Assembly (NCBI GenBank): GCA_002633005.1
Contig: NMRA01000193.1
Span: 190,641-254,640 of the forward strand
From: Phoronis australis
Lineage: Eukaryota > Animalia > Phoronida
DNA length: 64,000 bases
Direction: 5' to 3'
In this document: piece by piece, positions 49,701 to 61,760 of the stretch
Numbering within the stretch: position 1 is the first letter of the stretch
Layout: every line of letters starts with the position of its first letter
Position numbers and translations under genes: made by a program
The notes under the pieces: model-generated
Databases searched by the model: none
What the model was told of the DNA's origin: nothing
The model's input: the letters and a program-made list of their open reading frames with translations, nothing else

Positions 49701-52700
49701 ACATCATTCTAGAGACTATTGAAAATGTAGCTGCATATAATTACTACTACTGCTAGTGCTACTACAATTTCTATTTCTATCGTTATGATTACTATTAATA
49801 TTGTTACGTGGAACCATTAGGACAAAACACTATGGCCTACCACTAGAGGTACTTGAAGTAGTGAGGAGATTTCATCCTGGTCCTCTATTTTCATCTTGGG
49901 GTGCACAAGGGCTCCTCTGTTACTAATGGCACAATAGCTCCCCACTAATGTCTGGCTACTTAGGGTGTTTTTGAATACCTCCACTTTAAGCACATCAGCG
50001 ATGATTTCTTCGGTTTCCTGGTGAAATAGGCAAAATAAATAAACTGTCCAAGTGCTGAAATGTCAGTCATTAGATATTCATTCCAGGCAATCATGGTACC
50101 TTAAAATGTAAAAACTACACTTGTCATCCATCATAACCCGGGAACACTTACAGTACAGACTGTACAGCAATTTATGGAGAACAAACAGAGAAAAGGGCTT
50201 GCAACATATAAAAGCACCTAGTAGATCTCACAAAATGCTAGAAAATTTGCCTCTCACTTGAAAGAGATCCTCCTCTCAGAAGGCACAGACATCTTTCCCC
50301 TCAGGCAAACGAAGATATATGCGAGACTCGAAACATTAAATCTCTTAGATCTCACTAAAGAACACTTTTTAGTGATAGGAATTACAAACTTTCCACCAAA
50401 ACTGAGCGCACCATGACAACAAAAAGAGAAAAACATTTTACTGACCAACCTACCCTGGTATCAATCCCAGAAAAACATGTGGAGAATGTGAACAAAAAAA
50501 TTCTTAAAGGTATAGACGTAGACTTTTCTTAGATTCCTAATTAAAGTAGAAGTTCATACAACTTGTAATGGGATCAAAAGCATGTTCCACTACTAGTAAC
50601 AACCTGCTCTTATTGTCATCCCAGTACGCTAATGTCGGACAAGCTGCTGACATCAGACACAGACTGGAAGTGAACACAATTCCACACAAGAGTCTTGTTG
50701 ACAAATGGGTGCCACTCTTTGTTTAACACAGGGTCTTTAAGTGACTCAAAAAGGGTAATAGTCGGAATGTAATGACTCTAGCCCTAGCTGCCAAAGATAC
50801 ACATAAACTGATAGAAGTTATCATCTGTTCATGATGTCAGTTGGCAGGAATCTACAAGGCTGTCTATTTATAGAATGTGTTGCTGGTGAGCTGTCGCAAT
50901 GGTATGAGCAGGTCTGTCAAGTACATGACTTGTCAAGTCATAGTGTAAGACTGCTACAGAAATTCATATTCACGCAGGTCCCTACGCTTCGTTTAGAAGC
51001 TCAAGCAGCTGTCCCTTGAACATACAACACATAATTTGGGTGTTTTGTGCACTTTTATGTTCACTTTTCGTTAAAATAGCAGAAAAATACATTGACCACA
51101 CGTCATAATCTGCAGTTTAGTGATGTGGAAGTCAAGTTTCATGGTTCTTATACAAATTTGCTCCTTGGTTTTACTTGCAATGAGTAGTTCTCATACGAGT
51201 CCCGTTCGCTTTACATTATACACGAGGTGTAGTTTTACATACAGGTGCATGGGCCTTGTAATCTGAGACTGCAAGTTACCTTGTCAATGTCGGGGTGCGC
51301 CAGAGCCACGTAGTCATTGCAAGCAATAACGTTACCAAGGGCGGACAGCCTCTCTTCCACTCTCTGTACTCTCACAGCATCAGGCAGCGAGTTTTTGATG
51401 TGTTGCAGCTCCTGGTCAGTTGCAGTGCTTGGAACCAGCAGTCCATGTCTGTTACCTGATACGGAATCAACAACTCGCTGTTAAACTGACTGTTTCAAAA
51501 GTACCACAATTAGTGCAGTCCCAAAGAAGTTCATGGCTAAAATCCATCATTTTACTTGATTCTAAAGCCACATTCAGGCCAGTACAATTTGGTTCAAGTC
51601 TTCAAGATCCAAGTGTTGAAATGAGGAAGTCAGTATAAAGCAAACATTAATTAGTAGTTAGCGAATTACCATGATAGCTTAAATGATAGTTTAAAGAGGT
51701 ATGTGATATTCAATTAATAGTGAGGCTGTCGATATTTCATTGTCAAACTTGGTTAGCTAGCTTAAAAACGAAAATCGAATTTGGCATATAACTCTTATAA
51801 AATTGGTCTCAAAATGTTCCTTACCACGATAGGACTAGGATTATGTCCTGAAGTTAACAAATATCCATTTGAACAACATTTTGTCAGAATAAACATTGGT
51901 AAATCTGAGATTCTAAAGCATTCATTCAGTTTTTGAAGAAAAAAAAACAGCAGGACAGCTACCATGGCTATTGTTCTGCAGGACCTGTTTTAACAGCACT
52001 TGTGACATGTTTGAATGTCCTTTGTTATGTCTAGGGATAAAAGATTGTTTACTTAGGTGGACAACAGTAAGAAGTTCCACAATAATGTGTTCCAAGAGAT
52101 ATGCATTGTGAACTTGGCACCCATCTCAGTCATTGTTGCAAAAAGTTAAACGCACATTGTGTGATAAGGACATGAGCAGCCACCTGAGTACTTATTGTGG
52201 TAGGAATCACAAGATTTTTTAAAACTGATAACGTGGAAATGCTTTGCAATTCTGAATCACTTTTGAGTGTGTCATTGAGTAGAGGCAAGGCTGTTGGCTA
52301 AGATTGGAAATGTGACCAGGTCAAAACACAGATTGCTCTGTTTCTCTGGAGCATATAACAGGCGAAGATTTGCGTGCAGCCAAGGTGACTTTGCCCCATT
52401 TATGTGACTTTCAATATTACTTTAACAGTGCTCTATGAATATCTGAGTGTATTAGAGTAGACCGACTCATTTCGTATGTTTAGTACTTACCAGCACATAT
52501 TCTACCAATGATACGGCACCCTGCAACTGATGTTTGGATGACTGGTATAACGTCACTCAACTCACCCTCGAATACACTGGAAGCAAAGGTAAAGCCATAA
52601 ATGTTAGCAATATTCTTCCCAGTTTCCAGTTCAAATTTCATTGCAAATGCAAAAAAGCTTACATGTGATTAGGTTTCAAGATTAAAAAATGTGCTTAATA

Positions 52701-55700
52701 TTTTAAGCAACTGGTACCAGCAGGCACATTCGGGCTTGCCAGAAAGCACCATTTTTCACAGAAACACAAGTAGAGCCCTTGCTCAACTGAGGAGAAAGGT
52801 GCCTGTGCAGTCTGGACCTGGTGGGGGAATTTTTCTGAAAGAGAGGAATAGAACCTCCCCACAGTCAACGAGACCCTCATCGGTTACAACCAATTTCATT
52901 CCGTAAAATTTAATAACTGGTATAGACTGGAGTTATAGCGCAGACTGCCAAATTTGGTCTTATTTAGGAGTTTAAGTACCTTAAGAGAAAAATGGTTTTG
53001 TAAAAATCCAAGTTTTTGTTTTAAATCCAAAATAAACATTGCATAAAAGTCAGATATATCCCTACCTGACTTAACTTCACAAAATAAATGACATTTTGTA
53101 ATCATCATTCGCCAATATTTTTTCATGTTTAACTGAGTTTGAAAAGCAGCTTTGTTTTTACTTTTTCACCAAGTTCAGACTCAAAACTTTATTCACAGAA
53201 GAAATTCTCGATAGTTAGCTTAGATGGTGGTATTGTCTAGGTAGCCAAGGGAGCTGTATTCTAATTTTTATCACTTAACACTAATAAAATTTTAGTCTCT
53301 TTCTTGATCAATTTTCTCTAAGATGATACAGTTGGAAAGCCCAGGTAAATATGTTTAATTACATTTAGTGATCTTTTCCATAAATACCACAGAATTCACA
53401 TGGAAGTGCAAAATATGTCGAAAATGGGTAGGTCTACACTGTTGAGATAGTACTTAGACAGAGCCACCATCTGGAATGGCCCCAGTAGTGAAGGTGAAGC
53501 TCTTATAGGCACTTCATATGCTGGAAGTTTTTCAGCGAATTATGTCTCAAACTGATTAAAACATCAAAGTTAAGTCACGTTGCTTTGAAGTATCTTTTGC
53601 ACATATAGGGACGCCTTAGGAGGCCAACGATATCTTAAATTCCTTCTAACTCGAACAAATACTTTCATAATCAAACTTTTTTCAAGCAATCCTTTGCTCA
53701 GTTGCCCAAATTGGCAACTGACCATTTATACCCTGTGCGTGCTCCTGGCGTGCACAGTAGAGACGATGAAGCTCCACCACCGCTTCACAGACCCTACTGG
53801 GGCCAGTTAAAGTCCTGGTCTCAAACTGCCCACGTGCTTCCAGTATCCAAAAATACTTACTACATAAAATCTTTTTTTCGACACCCTTTCTTTATATTCT
53901 TTTCACCTTTCTTGTCAAAAGCGATTTTTTAACAGTTTTTGACCTTTCTCTCTGAGCGTATAATTACCGACTGTCATCGGTTACTTTCGTACCCACATTT
54001 CCGGCTCATCAGTTCAGGAACTTTTCCTGAACGCCACCATTTTTTCCTTGTAACTGAATGTGCTATCGCTTGCTCGAAAAGTCTTCATTATTTTGTTTTA
54101 TTAGTAATATCTCGTGATTTATTTGTGTGTGTTGTGTATTTATAGTTTGTAGTTAGTGGTCGTTGAATTTTTTTGGAATGTTACGCGTACTTATAATGTT
54201 AAAATAGCATTGGTGTTTAGTTCTTTACGTAGGGCAGTTGAACCTAGGAACCAATAAGAGTCGAACCAATTTTTTCCGTTTTTTTCTCGTTTTGAAAAAG
54301 TGCTTTGCTACCATCGGAAAGGCAATGCATTCTACTCAGTGAAAAGTATCAAAATCGGGGCAAGCACAGTAAATTTATTGCAATTTTTGTGGCGAAATTT
54401 GGGTCACTTTGTTTGGATCGCGTCAGCCATATTGGAGGACAGCGGTATAAGTTACGAGTTTAAAACTTTGTGTAAATTGTTTTCGCCAACAATTTACGGT
54501 GAAATTTAGTTAGACATATCTTTACTTACTATTCTGCATGATTCAACAGTGTTCACCAAATTTCAGGCTTGCAGTTGTTACTCATTAAGTGATAAATGTG
54601 CTCACAATTCCCGTTGGACTTCGTCTCATTTCTGGCGGCACCAACAACATGGCGACTTTTGCTGAACTGGAAGGCATGTTCAACCTGTTACTTTGTAATT
54701 TGTGAAGATTAAACGTTGATACATTTTGACAAACGTTGCTACAAAAAAGAAACTTTGTTCAATTTTCATGTATTTTTGTGCAAAAATATAAGATATGGGG
54801 TAATTCGAATTATTTTACTATGAATTTCTCATTCAGGTGATCTTACACTTAATCTAAAAAAATAGTTGAAATAATTTTGAAATGGTTTTTGTTTGATTAT
54901 CAACTGCTGTTCAAGGCTTGATTAGGTGTCACAAAATGCTCAATTGCTTTCAAGTCATGTTTTGTAACTTACTGCTTCTCAATTCAGGTTATCAATTCAA
55001 CAATATGAATAATCTTAATTTGAGAAATAAGCTATGTTTGATTGTGAAGCTTCAAGCCTCCAATTCTTGTTCCTTTCAACTTCATATTTTTTTAATCATG
55101 CTTGTCAAATTCTGGTCTAAGGAAACACTATTTGGTCACCATGGTAATAGTTACATGTATGTCCACTTTCATATCGTGGAAATTTTTGCTGTTGAATAGT
55201 GTTTTTAATGCTAAATGTTATAAAGTATTGTGCATTTTAAGTTACTTATTATGTTAAAAGGTTGAATAATTTTGGCTTAATGAATAAAAATGATAACATT
55301 TTGTATTGGACTTGTCATACTTATGTGATCGAACCAGCCCCCTATTTGGAGAAATGGAAAAAGGTCTGCCTCAGTCAGAGAAGCACGAACTCCGAAAAAA
55401 GTAGAAAACGAGACGATATTCCACTAGAAGACAGGAAGTACCAAAATTTAGCGTCAGCAATTCATAACTTTGAACATACCCAGTGAATCTTATAGTAAAA
55501 GATGAGACATTCCCAAAATTCCAGCTCCACCCCATTTTTTAAGCTTGGTGCGCTCATACAAAGTCTGGGAAAATCTCTATTGAAAGCCAACAACTTTGCA
55601 CAGTTCGCCAGAAGTACCCAAGTTCTAAATAAACCTTGTTTGAGCGAGCGCTGTGGCCAGCGACCAGGTAGGCATAAGGGTAGCCTTGGCCCAAAGCTGT

Positions 55701-56831
55701 ATGGGCCTGCTAAGAAGCTAGCTGTATTTTGACGGTAGTCTTCATACTGGTAGCTGGCACTGAGGCCAGCTAAGCCTGGGCTGCCGCGGCACTGTGACAC
55801 AGGATTAACCAGCCCGTAATTTTATGCAAGTGTCTGAAACTATGTTTGAATATATACGGCATTTATAATTTGAACAGTTTACTTCGACAAAACAGCTTGC
55901 AACCGCATGCCTTTACCATTCGCCAGTGTCTTGTCTCGATCCGCACCGGGTCCAATAGGCAGCAGTCCCGAGTCCAGCTAAATAATTTCTGTCAGAATTT
56001 ATTCGCTACATTTCTTCAGAAAATTCGATAAAATTGTCTGTATTTTGATTTTATTAAAATTAAGGCACTGTCCATTATTTTATCCCCGTTTGCAGGCTAG
56101 TAACAGGCACTCGCCCATTCACACTGACGGCGTTTTCGTAGCCTGGGTTCCTGAATGAATTGTACTTCCGGGTTCGCGGCTAGTTCAAAATGACGGTAGT
56201 TCTTCGGGTGCGAATCGTGAGTGGCGCGTTCATTTAACCTTTTTTCGACTACGGATCGTGTATTAATTATGGGGTAGGTACTTCTTGGATCTTTATAACA
56301 TCCTCTAACCATGTAATAAGGATTAACAACGTGCGAGACCAGGGGCCTGTTCCAAGAAACTGACTTAAGTTCATTTTTGACTTAAGTTAAAGATTTGTCT
56401 TAAATTCCGAACTTTGGAACTTCCACATTCTGTTAGTTAGTGAAATTTAAGACAAAACTAACGTCACACTATTAATTCAAATTAAGATCTCTTTCTTGAA
56501 TTTGTTTTGAGACAAATTTAACTTTAATTTTAAAATTTACTAAAATTTAGGATTTGTCTTAGCTAAGTCAGTTTTGTTGGAACGGCTCCCAGGACTTTAA
56601 GTAGGCTTCAAAATGAGTTAAATTCAGGTGGTTTAAGAGGCTCTGCTTTAGGTTTAACTTCCAGATAACTTAGACGGTACAATGCAGGATTACCAAATTC
56701 ATAATATAAATATTTCTGCCTTACCTGTAAAAGTTTGCAGAACCTCCGATCGCCACCAGACAGTAAGTGTTGGTCAACAGGGAAAACACACCGACTTCGT
56801 TATTTGACTCAAACTGCGCTCGTACAGCCAT
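46710..56831 (-). CDS. EIF6: Eukaryotic translation initiation factor 6, complete, 245 aa; exons 56831-56725, 52576-52491, 51455-51280, 50017-49841, 48780-48599, 46719-46710
   Basis: [48 protein letters not shown]...[18 protein letters not shown]...[35 protein letters not shown]...[17 protein letters not shown]...[18 protein letters not shown]...MRDSLVE/SMT*. Spliced CDS is 738 nt with consistent phases. Confidence 0.98.
46908..47148 (+). mobile_element. tRNA-derived SINE with 15-bp TSD, in eIF6 intron 5 (antisense to host)
   Basis: A-box-like gtgacctggttg, B box ggttcgagtccc and AT-rich tail; TSD aaacatcaaaaccga at 46893-46907 and 47149-47163. Confidence 0.9.
48921..49433. mobile_element. 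TTAA-flanked non-autonomous DNA element (Kolobok-like) in eIF6 intron 4
   Basis: ttaa|gattatgtgggacc ... gggttacaacataacc|ttaa; an inverted-orientation relative of 1020-1481. Confidence 0.7.
49443..49689 (+). mobile_element. Second copy of the tRNA-derived SINE, 14-bp TSD with one mismatch
   Basis: A box gaggcctagtgg and B box ggttcgagtccc; shares the 3' end ctggtacaatgtgta.cagaccgcctgcaattattttt with the 46908 copy; TSD taaccttaatcaca / taactttaatcaca. Confidence 0.88.
55330..55560. mobile_element. Decayed inverted copy of the CATGCGCGCACCC MITE in eIF6 intron 1
   Basis: cccctatttggagaaatggaaaaaggtctgcc ... ccccattttttaagcttggtgcgctcat resembles 33060-33271. Confidence 0.55.
56343..56589. 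mobile_element. MITE of the same family as 17958-18210, with CAG TSD
   Basis: cag|gggcctgttccaagaaactgactta ... tagctaagtcagttttgttggaacggctcc|cag. Confidence 0.85.
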
Positions 56832-58299
56832 TACACTCTCTGCGTTGTAACTCAAAATAATTCAAACTCGTCACTTTCAAGCTCGGACAGATTCAAACTA
56901 AACGTTGTTTTAGCGAAACTGTCGATGGCAGAATTACAGTATCGACTTCCAAACAAACGTGTTCCACTGGTTGTGCAATGGATTGAGCTCTTTGCGTGCT
57001 ACGTCATCACAATTGGGTGTTTTTAAAGTCGACAACGTCCTCAGCGCTACCTGGCGCAGATCTAGAGTACCACTCCAAAACAAACCCTGAGCAACCGCGA
57101 AGCGTCATATTTTGCGACACAAAACCTTTGACTTCTTTTTAGATGGACGTTCTTTCAGCTGCAATCTGATATGAAAATGTGTCCGAAGCAGAAGCAAAAG
57201 ATAATCTATAAAAATTAGCCAAATTCATTTAAACTAGTAGGTGCGATTTTGACCCCAGTGAAAAAATGACCTGAGGCCGGGTCATTTTTTACAAAAATGA
57301 CAATTTCTTAACCTTGCAAATTGACCCAACCAGCTAAATAACGACCCTCTTCGAGTGAAAAATTGAATTTTTCCATGTAATTTACAAAAAATTATCGAGA
57401 AGTTTTACATTTGTTACAAGTCAAAGGGCGGTAGGTAGTTTTTCAAATGAGAACCATTCATTACACAACACATGCCTTTTCGAGCTTTCCCAGTCACTTT
57501 TCTTAGGAAATTTATTATATTATTAGCTGCTAACTGGTTAATACAACAAAATATGTGCAAAAGTTGGGATGTTGCAATGTACTTGCATAACTTTCAAAAT
57601 AGACAGACTTCGACAAAACTGGTCCTGGTTTTACTATACGTGGATAAACTTATAGCCGGAATTATTTGTCAGTTTAGTCGAACATTTGTCGGGCTTGAAT
57701 ATGACATTGCGCCTGGTCGCTAATTGTTTTTGAATGGACTTACTTAGAAAGATGTTGCGATTTCGTCTAATGGGGAGTTTTTCTGAGATTTAGCAAGACT
57801 GAATGAAATAGATTCTAGTTCGAATGAATATTTAGTAGCGGTTGCACCTAAACCCAAATTTTCAAGTTGACGTTGTCCAGTTTATTTTGAAAACTACTTT
57901 ATGCTAATCTTTGCACCTTTGTTGGTATGCTTGGGAACATAAAAATAGATCTGTCCAACTGAAGTCACATAAAAAGCCAAACATTTTACAAAATATTACT
58001 TAAACTTGGAAATATTTGAAAAAGATAATTCCAATGTGTTCAGAGTAGTCTCACCAACAGAAACAATTGCTTTTACAACATATTGTAATCTTCCACACTA
58101 AGTTTTTCTAAAGTGAAAAGGCAACACAACTATTCCAAGTTAAAGAGATCACACCCCGCTTAACCAGAGAATGCTAGTTTCACAACTAGTTTTCGTAAAG
58201 GGAATTAGAATTCAGAGTTTGGGGACAGTCGCGACTAGCTTAAACCTGGAATTTGGTAAAAAGTAATCGCTAACATGTTCAGTGAAGTCTCACGATAAG

Positions 58300-58901
58300 A
58301 AAAATTGTGTTTACGATGTTTTTAATCCTGTCAGAATGTTTACCTCGCCACATATATTTTGTAAAGCAAAAAGGGTTATTCCAAGTTAAGGCATAGGGCG
58401 TGGTCTACTTAAAATTGGAAATGGGTAAGAGAGCTAGTATCAAGAATAAAAATGAATCCCTATACAATGTACTGTGACACTTTGAGAATGTTAATTGTTG
58501 TGGATTTGTTCGATCATTGTCACCGATGNTGTGCCAAATTTCATGAACGTATGTCAAAGGGTTTTGGAGATAGAGCAGCGGACGCCGGACGCCAGACGCC
58601 GGACGCCGCCCGGACGGACGGACGGACGGAGATGACGGCATAATGCGTCCACATATAAATATGTGGGCGCATAAAAATTGTGTTTACGATGTTTTTAATC
58701 CTGTCAGAATGTTTACCTCGCCACATATATTTTGTAAAGCAAAAAGGATTATTCCAAGTTAAGGCATAGGGCGTGGTCTACTTAAAATTGGAAATGGGTA
58801 AGAGAGCTAGTATCAAGAATAAAAATGAATCCCTATACAATGTACTGTGACACTTTGAGAATGTTAATTGTTGTGGATTTGTTCGATCATTGTCACCGAT
58901 G
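58300..58901. repeat. 229-bp direct duplication (58300-58528 / 58673-58901) around N at 58529
   Basis: aaaaattgtgtttacgatg...tgtcaccgatg is repeated almost identically; probably two haplotypes. Confidence 0.88.
58530..58677 (+). mobile_element. End of a Pearl/HINE (Helentron-associated)-like element
   Basis: gccaaatttcatgaa core, (GGAC)n microsatellite, terminal hairpin tgcgtccacata-taaa-tatgtgggcgca (58644-58671) and then an A run. A related hairpin lies at ~63232-63260. Confidence 0.7.
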
Positions 58902-59246
58902 TCATGTGGCTGTATTTTTGACAGGGGATATGACGTCATATACCCTAGCGCGTGCAGTGTAAAATAGCCAGTTGCCGATTTGGGAAAGTGAGCGAAGGGC
59001 TGCTCGAAAAAAAGTTTAATTGCGGGAGTATGTGTTCGAGTTGGAAGGAATTAGAAGATACAGACGGGCTCCTAAGGTGTCCTCTATGCTCAAAAAGGAA
59101 CTAGAGCAAAGGCGTGACTTTGACGGTCAGTGTGAGGCATAATTGATCGAAACGGCTTTACGGCGTATTTAAAGGCCTAGGTATGGGAGCTTGACCGTCT
59201 CAACTGCTACATAGAGACGGTGTCACTGTTTTCTTCCCTGTAGTAC

Positions 59247-59327
59247 ATAGCGCAGCACTGAAAAAAGTGGGGGCCTGGGGGGAGGGTATAGTCCCCGGCC
59301 CAAGCCCCCTATCATGAGCTGCCCATG
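59247..59327. mobile_element. Very short MITE-like insertion with 7-8-bp TSD tgtagta(c); related to sequence at ~34844-34975
   Basis: tgtagtac at 59239-59246 and 59328-59335; ends gagctgcccatg. Confidence 0.5.
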
Positions 59328-59926
59328 TGTAGTACCATGACACCGGGCTGTAGACTTTCTTACATTTGGCCTTGAAAGACGTGCGGAAAACGATTTGATG
59401 GCAGTTTTCACGCATTTCCTTAATGGAATTCAACTTTACTGAACCAACAGAAAAATCAAGTGTCCATGATTTTCGCCACTAGCAATTATTGTGCAGCATA
59501 ACATAATCCGGGCGGGTAGTCGATCAAAAGATTTTGGCTGTGGTCTAGACTTTACGACCACATAGTTGACCCAACTTATATGACAATTGCCCTATAATTT
59601 GGCGAGTTTTCGAGTATGTATGATTTTACGTTTGAATCTTTCAGGCATCGATACCGTACTTCTATATGACTAAGAGGCCGTGACAGTCGTGTACTGTAAT
59701 TACCTAGTCTACTGCCGGTGTAGAAAACCGACATCCGGTGTGCGAGTCGGCCGTCCAATAGCCATCCAACTGAAAGTTCTGACGCCAGCACGACGTGAGT
59801 TATAGCCGCTTTACGTGAACTCCTACCAATGATTAGCTTGGCTACATGCAATGAACAAATGTTACCAGCCTTGTCGATTTGGTTAATTGAACTGCATAAT
59901 TAGGGATTGTCCGATAGCTAGGACAA

Positions 59927-60202
59927 CATGCGCGCACCCGGCCTTTAACATGGGGTGGTCGAATTTCCAACGATGTGGACCTTTTACTAACGAAAAAGCG
60001 GGAGGACTAAAAAATAAAAAAACGGGGAACCCCGTTCCTAGCTGTGAATTGCGTGTTTATGCTTTTAAGTTTAGTGAACTTTTGTCTCGTTTTCTCGGAC
60101 TTTTTTCTCGGAGGCGGACCATTTTGCCCATTCGGCAAATGGGTGAGGGGGGGGGCTCTTTTGAGTCCTCCGAACCCCCCCCCCCCCCTGGGTGCGCGCA
60201 TG
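59927..60202. mobile_element. MITE with CATGCGCGCACCC TIRs and 5-bp TSD GACAA
   Basis: gacaa|catgcgcgcaccc ... gggtgcgcgcatg|gacaa. Confidence 0.85.
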
Positions 60203-61760
60203 GACAAGACACTAAAGGGTCACTAAATTACAATTTTATCCAAGTATATACCACACATTATTTTCTGGTAATTTTAGTGATACCGTACTAGCCAGGGTTA
60301 CCACCCAGGGCGCTTAAATCTGAGGAACTCGAAAGGAATGTGAATGTTGAGCGGAACATTTATGCAAATAAACAAAAATTCTGAGAAGTCAGGGGTGGGC
60401 GCGCGTATCTACACTGGATCTTAATTTCCATTCATTTTGAACTACATTGATGTCGGACTGCACGTGCCAGAATCAATTAAATTAACATTGGCGGTTCACA
60501 GGCAATGTCATAGCAATGGGTTTATCGTCCAGAGAGAAGGGAGTGATCGCACACAGTAGTCAGTAGCCTGACCCAGCTTTCAAGTAGCATATCACGAGTG
60601 ATGAGCTGTCCACGCGCTGCTCACAAGAATGCTTTCACTGCTTAGTGCTCACGAGCACCAACCATGTTAGAATGCATCATAAGCCAACTGGAATTATTTC
60701 ATGTCTCCTTCAGGAAACGGGTTTTGTTGAAACTGATTGATCTTTACTCAAACTTTTTGAGAGCTAAAATTTTGATTGGCACTCATCAGGAAGTCTTGGC
60801 CGTCAGGGTGGTTGGTAAGCAGAGTATGGTATTTAAACTGACTTAAGTGGAAAATTGGGAATTTAGTGGGTAAGCGGTGAGCAAACTGAAGTGTGTCATA
60901 GCCTTGACAAGTTTGATAAATTTGAGTTTGTCACTCATAGACTGGCAAACTGTTGAATACATAAACACCACCTCTTTACCTCGTGCCAGCTGGGCAAATG
61001 TTACCTGCCATTTGTGTTGCTGTTTTGTATTGCCTAGGTCTCAGGTGGTCAAGGTGGCACCGTATATCTGAGCATCGGTTGGACAAGTAGCTCTGTTGGT
61101 TTCACTGAACACAGAGAAAAGTCAGGATTTTTAGTTTTACCAGGTATTTCCAGGTAATGTAAAATAAATTGGGTTCTGTAATTGATTTTGAATGTCTGTC
61201 CAATTCCTTCCACAGCAATTGGTACATGATCATAATCCTTCATCTAATTATGCTGCTTTTTCAGAGCATGCAGTCTGATACATCATCCACGCAAGAGCCA
61301 AGGGAACTTATTGCATAGGAAAAGCCAAAACAGTGCATGCTTTACGTCAGTGCATTCCGTCTGTCTGCACCTGCTCAAAGAGAAAATTAAAATAACTTGG
61401 AAAGGTGCCTTTTAGTGTCTACTTGATTCTTCTACTCTTCATGTTAATGGAGCCATTATGTGTGGTTTGAGACTTCTTCGCGCTAAAAGGATGTGGAGTC
61501 ATAGGTGGGTGTAGATTTATGTGTGCTTGCTGCATCTCACGGTGCAAACTAAAAAATCTGACAGAAGATGCTAGAACCCAGTCTGCTATACTGCCCTACA
61601 ATAAGACATCAATAAATTTTGTGGCTTCCATAATGCATCTCATAATGCACAGCAGTGTTATAAATTATTTATTTCTAAATACTAGTATTAATTCATTTGG
61701 TTTCATTCAGCACATTGCCAGAACATTCGTAATCTGACAGTTGGTGTCCAGTGAATTCTT

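Noticed and set aside
55136-55149. X-box-like GTCACCATGGTAAT (also GTTGCC-N6-GGCAAC at 53701-53718)
   Set aside because: Located in eIF6 intron 1, far from the ciliary gene promoters; short palindromes occur by chance.
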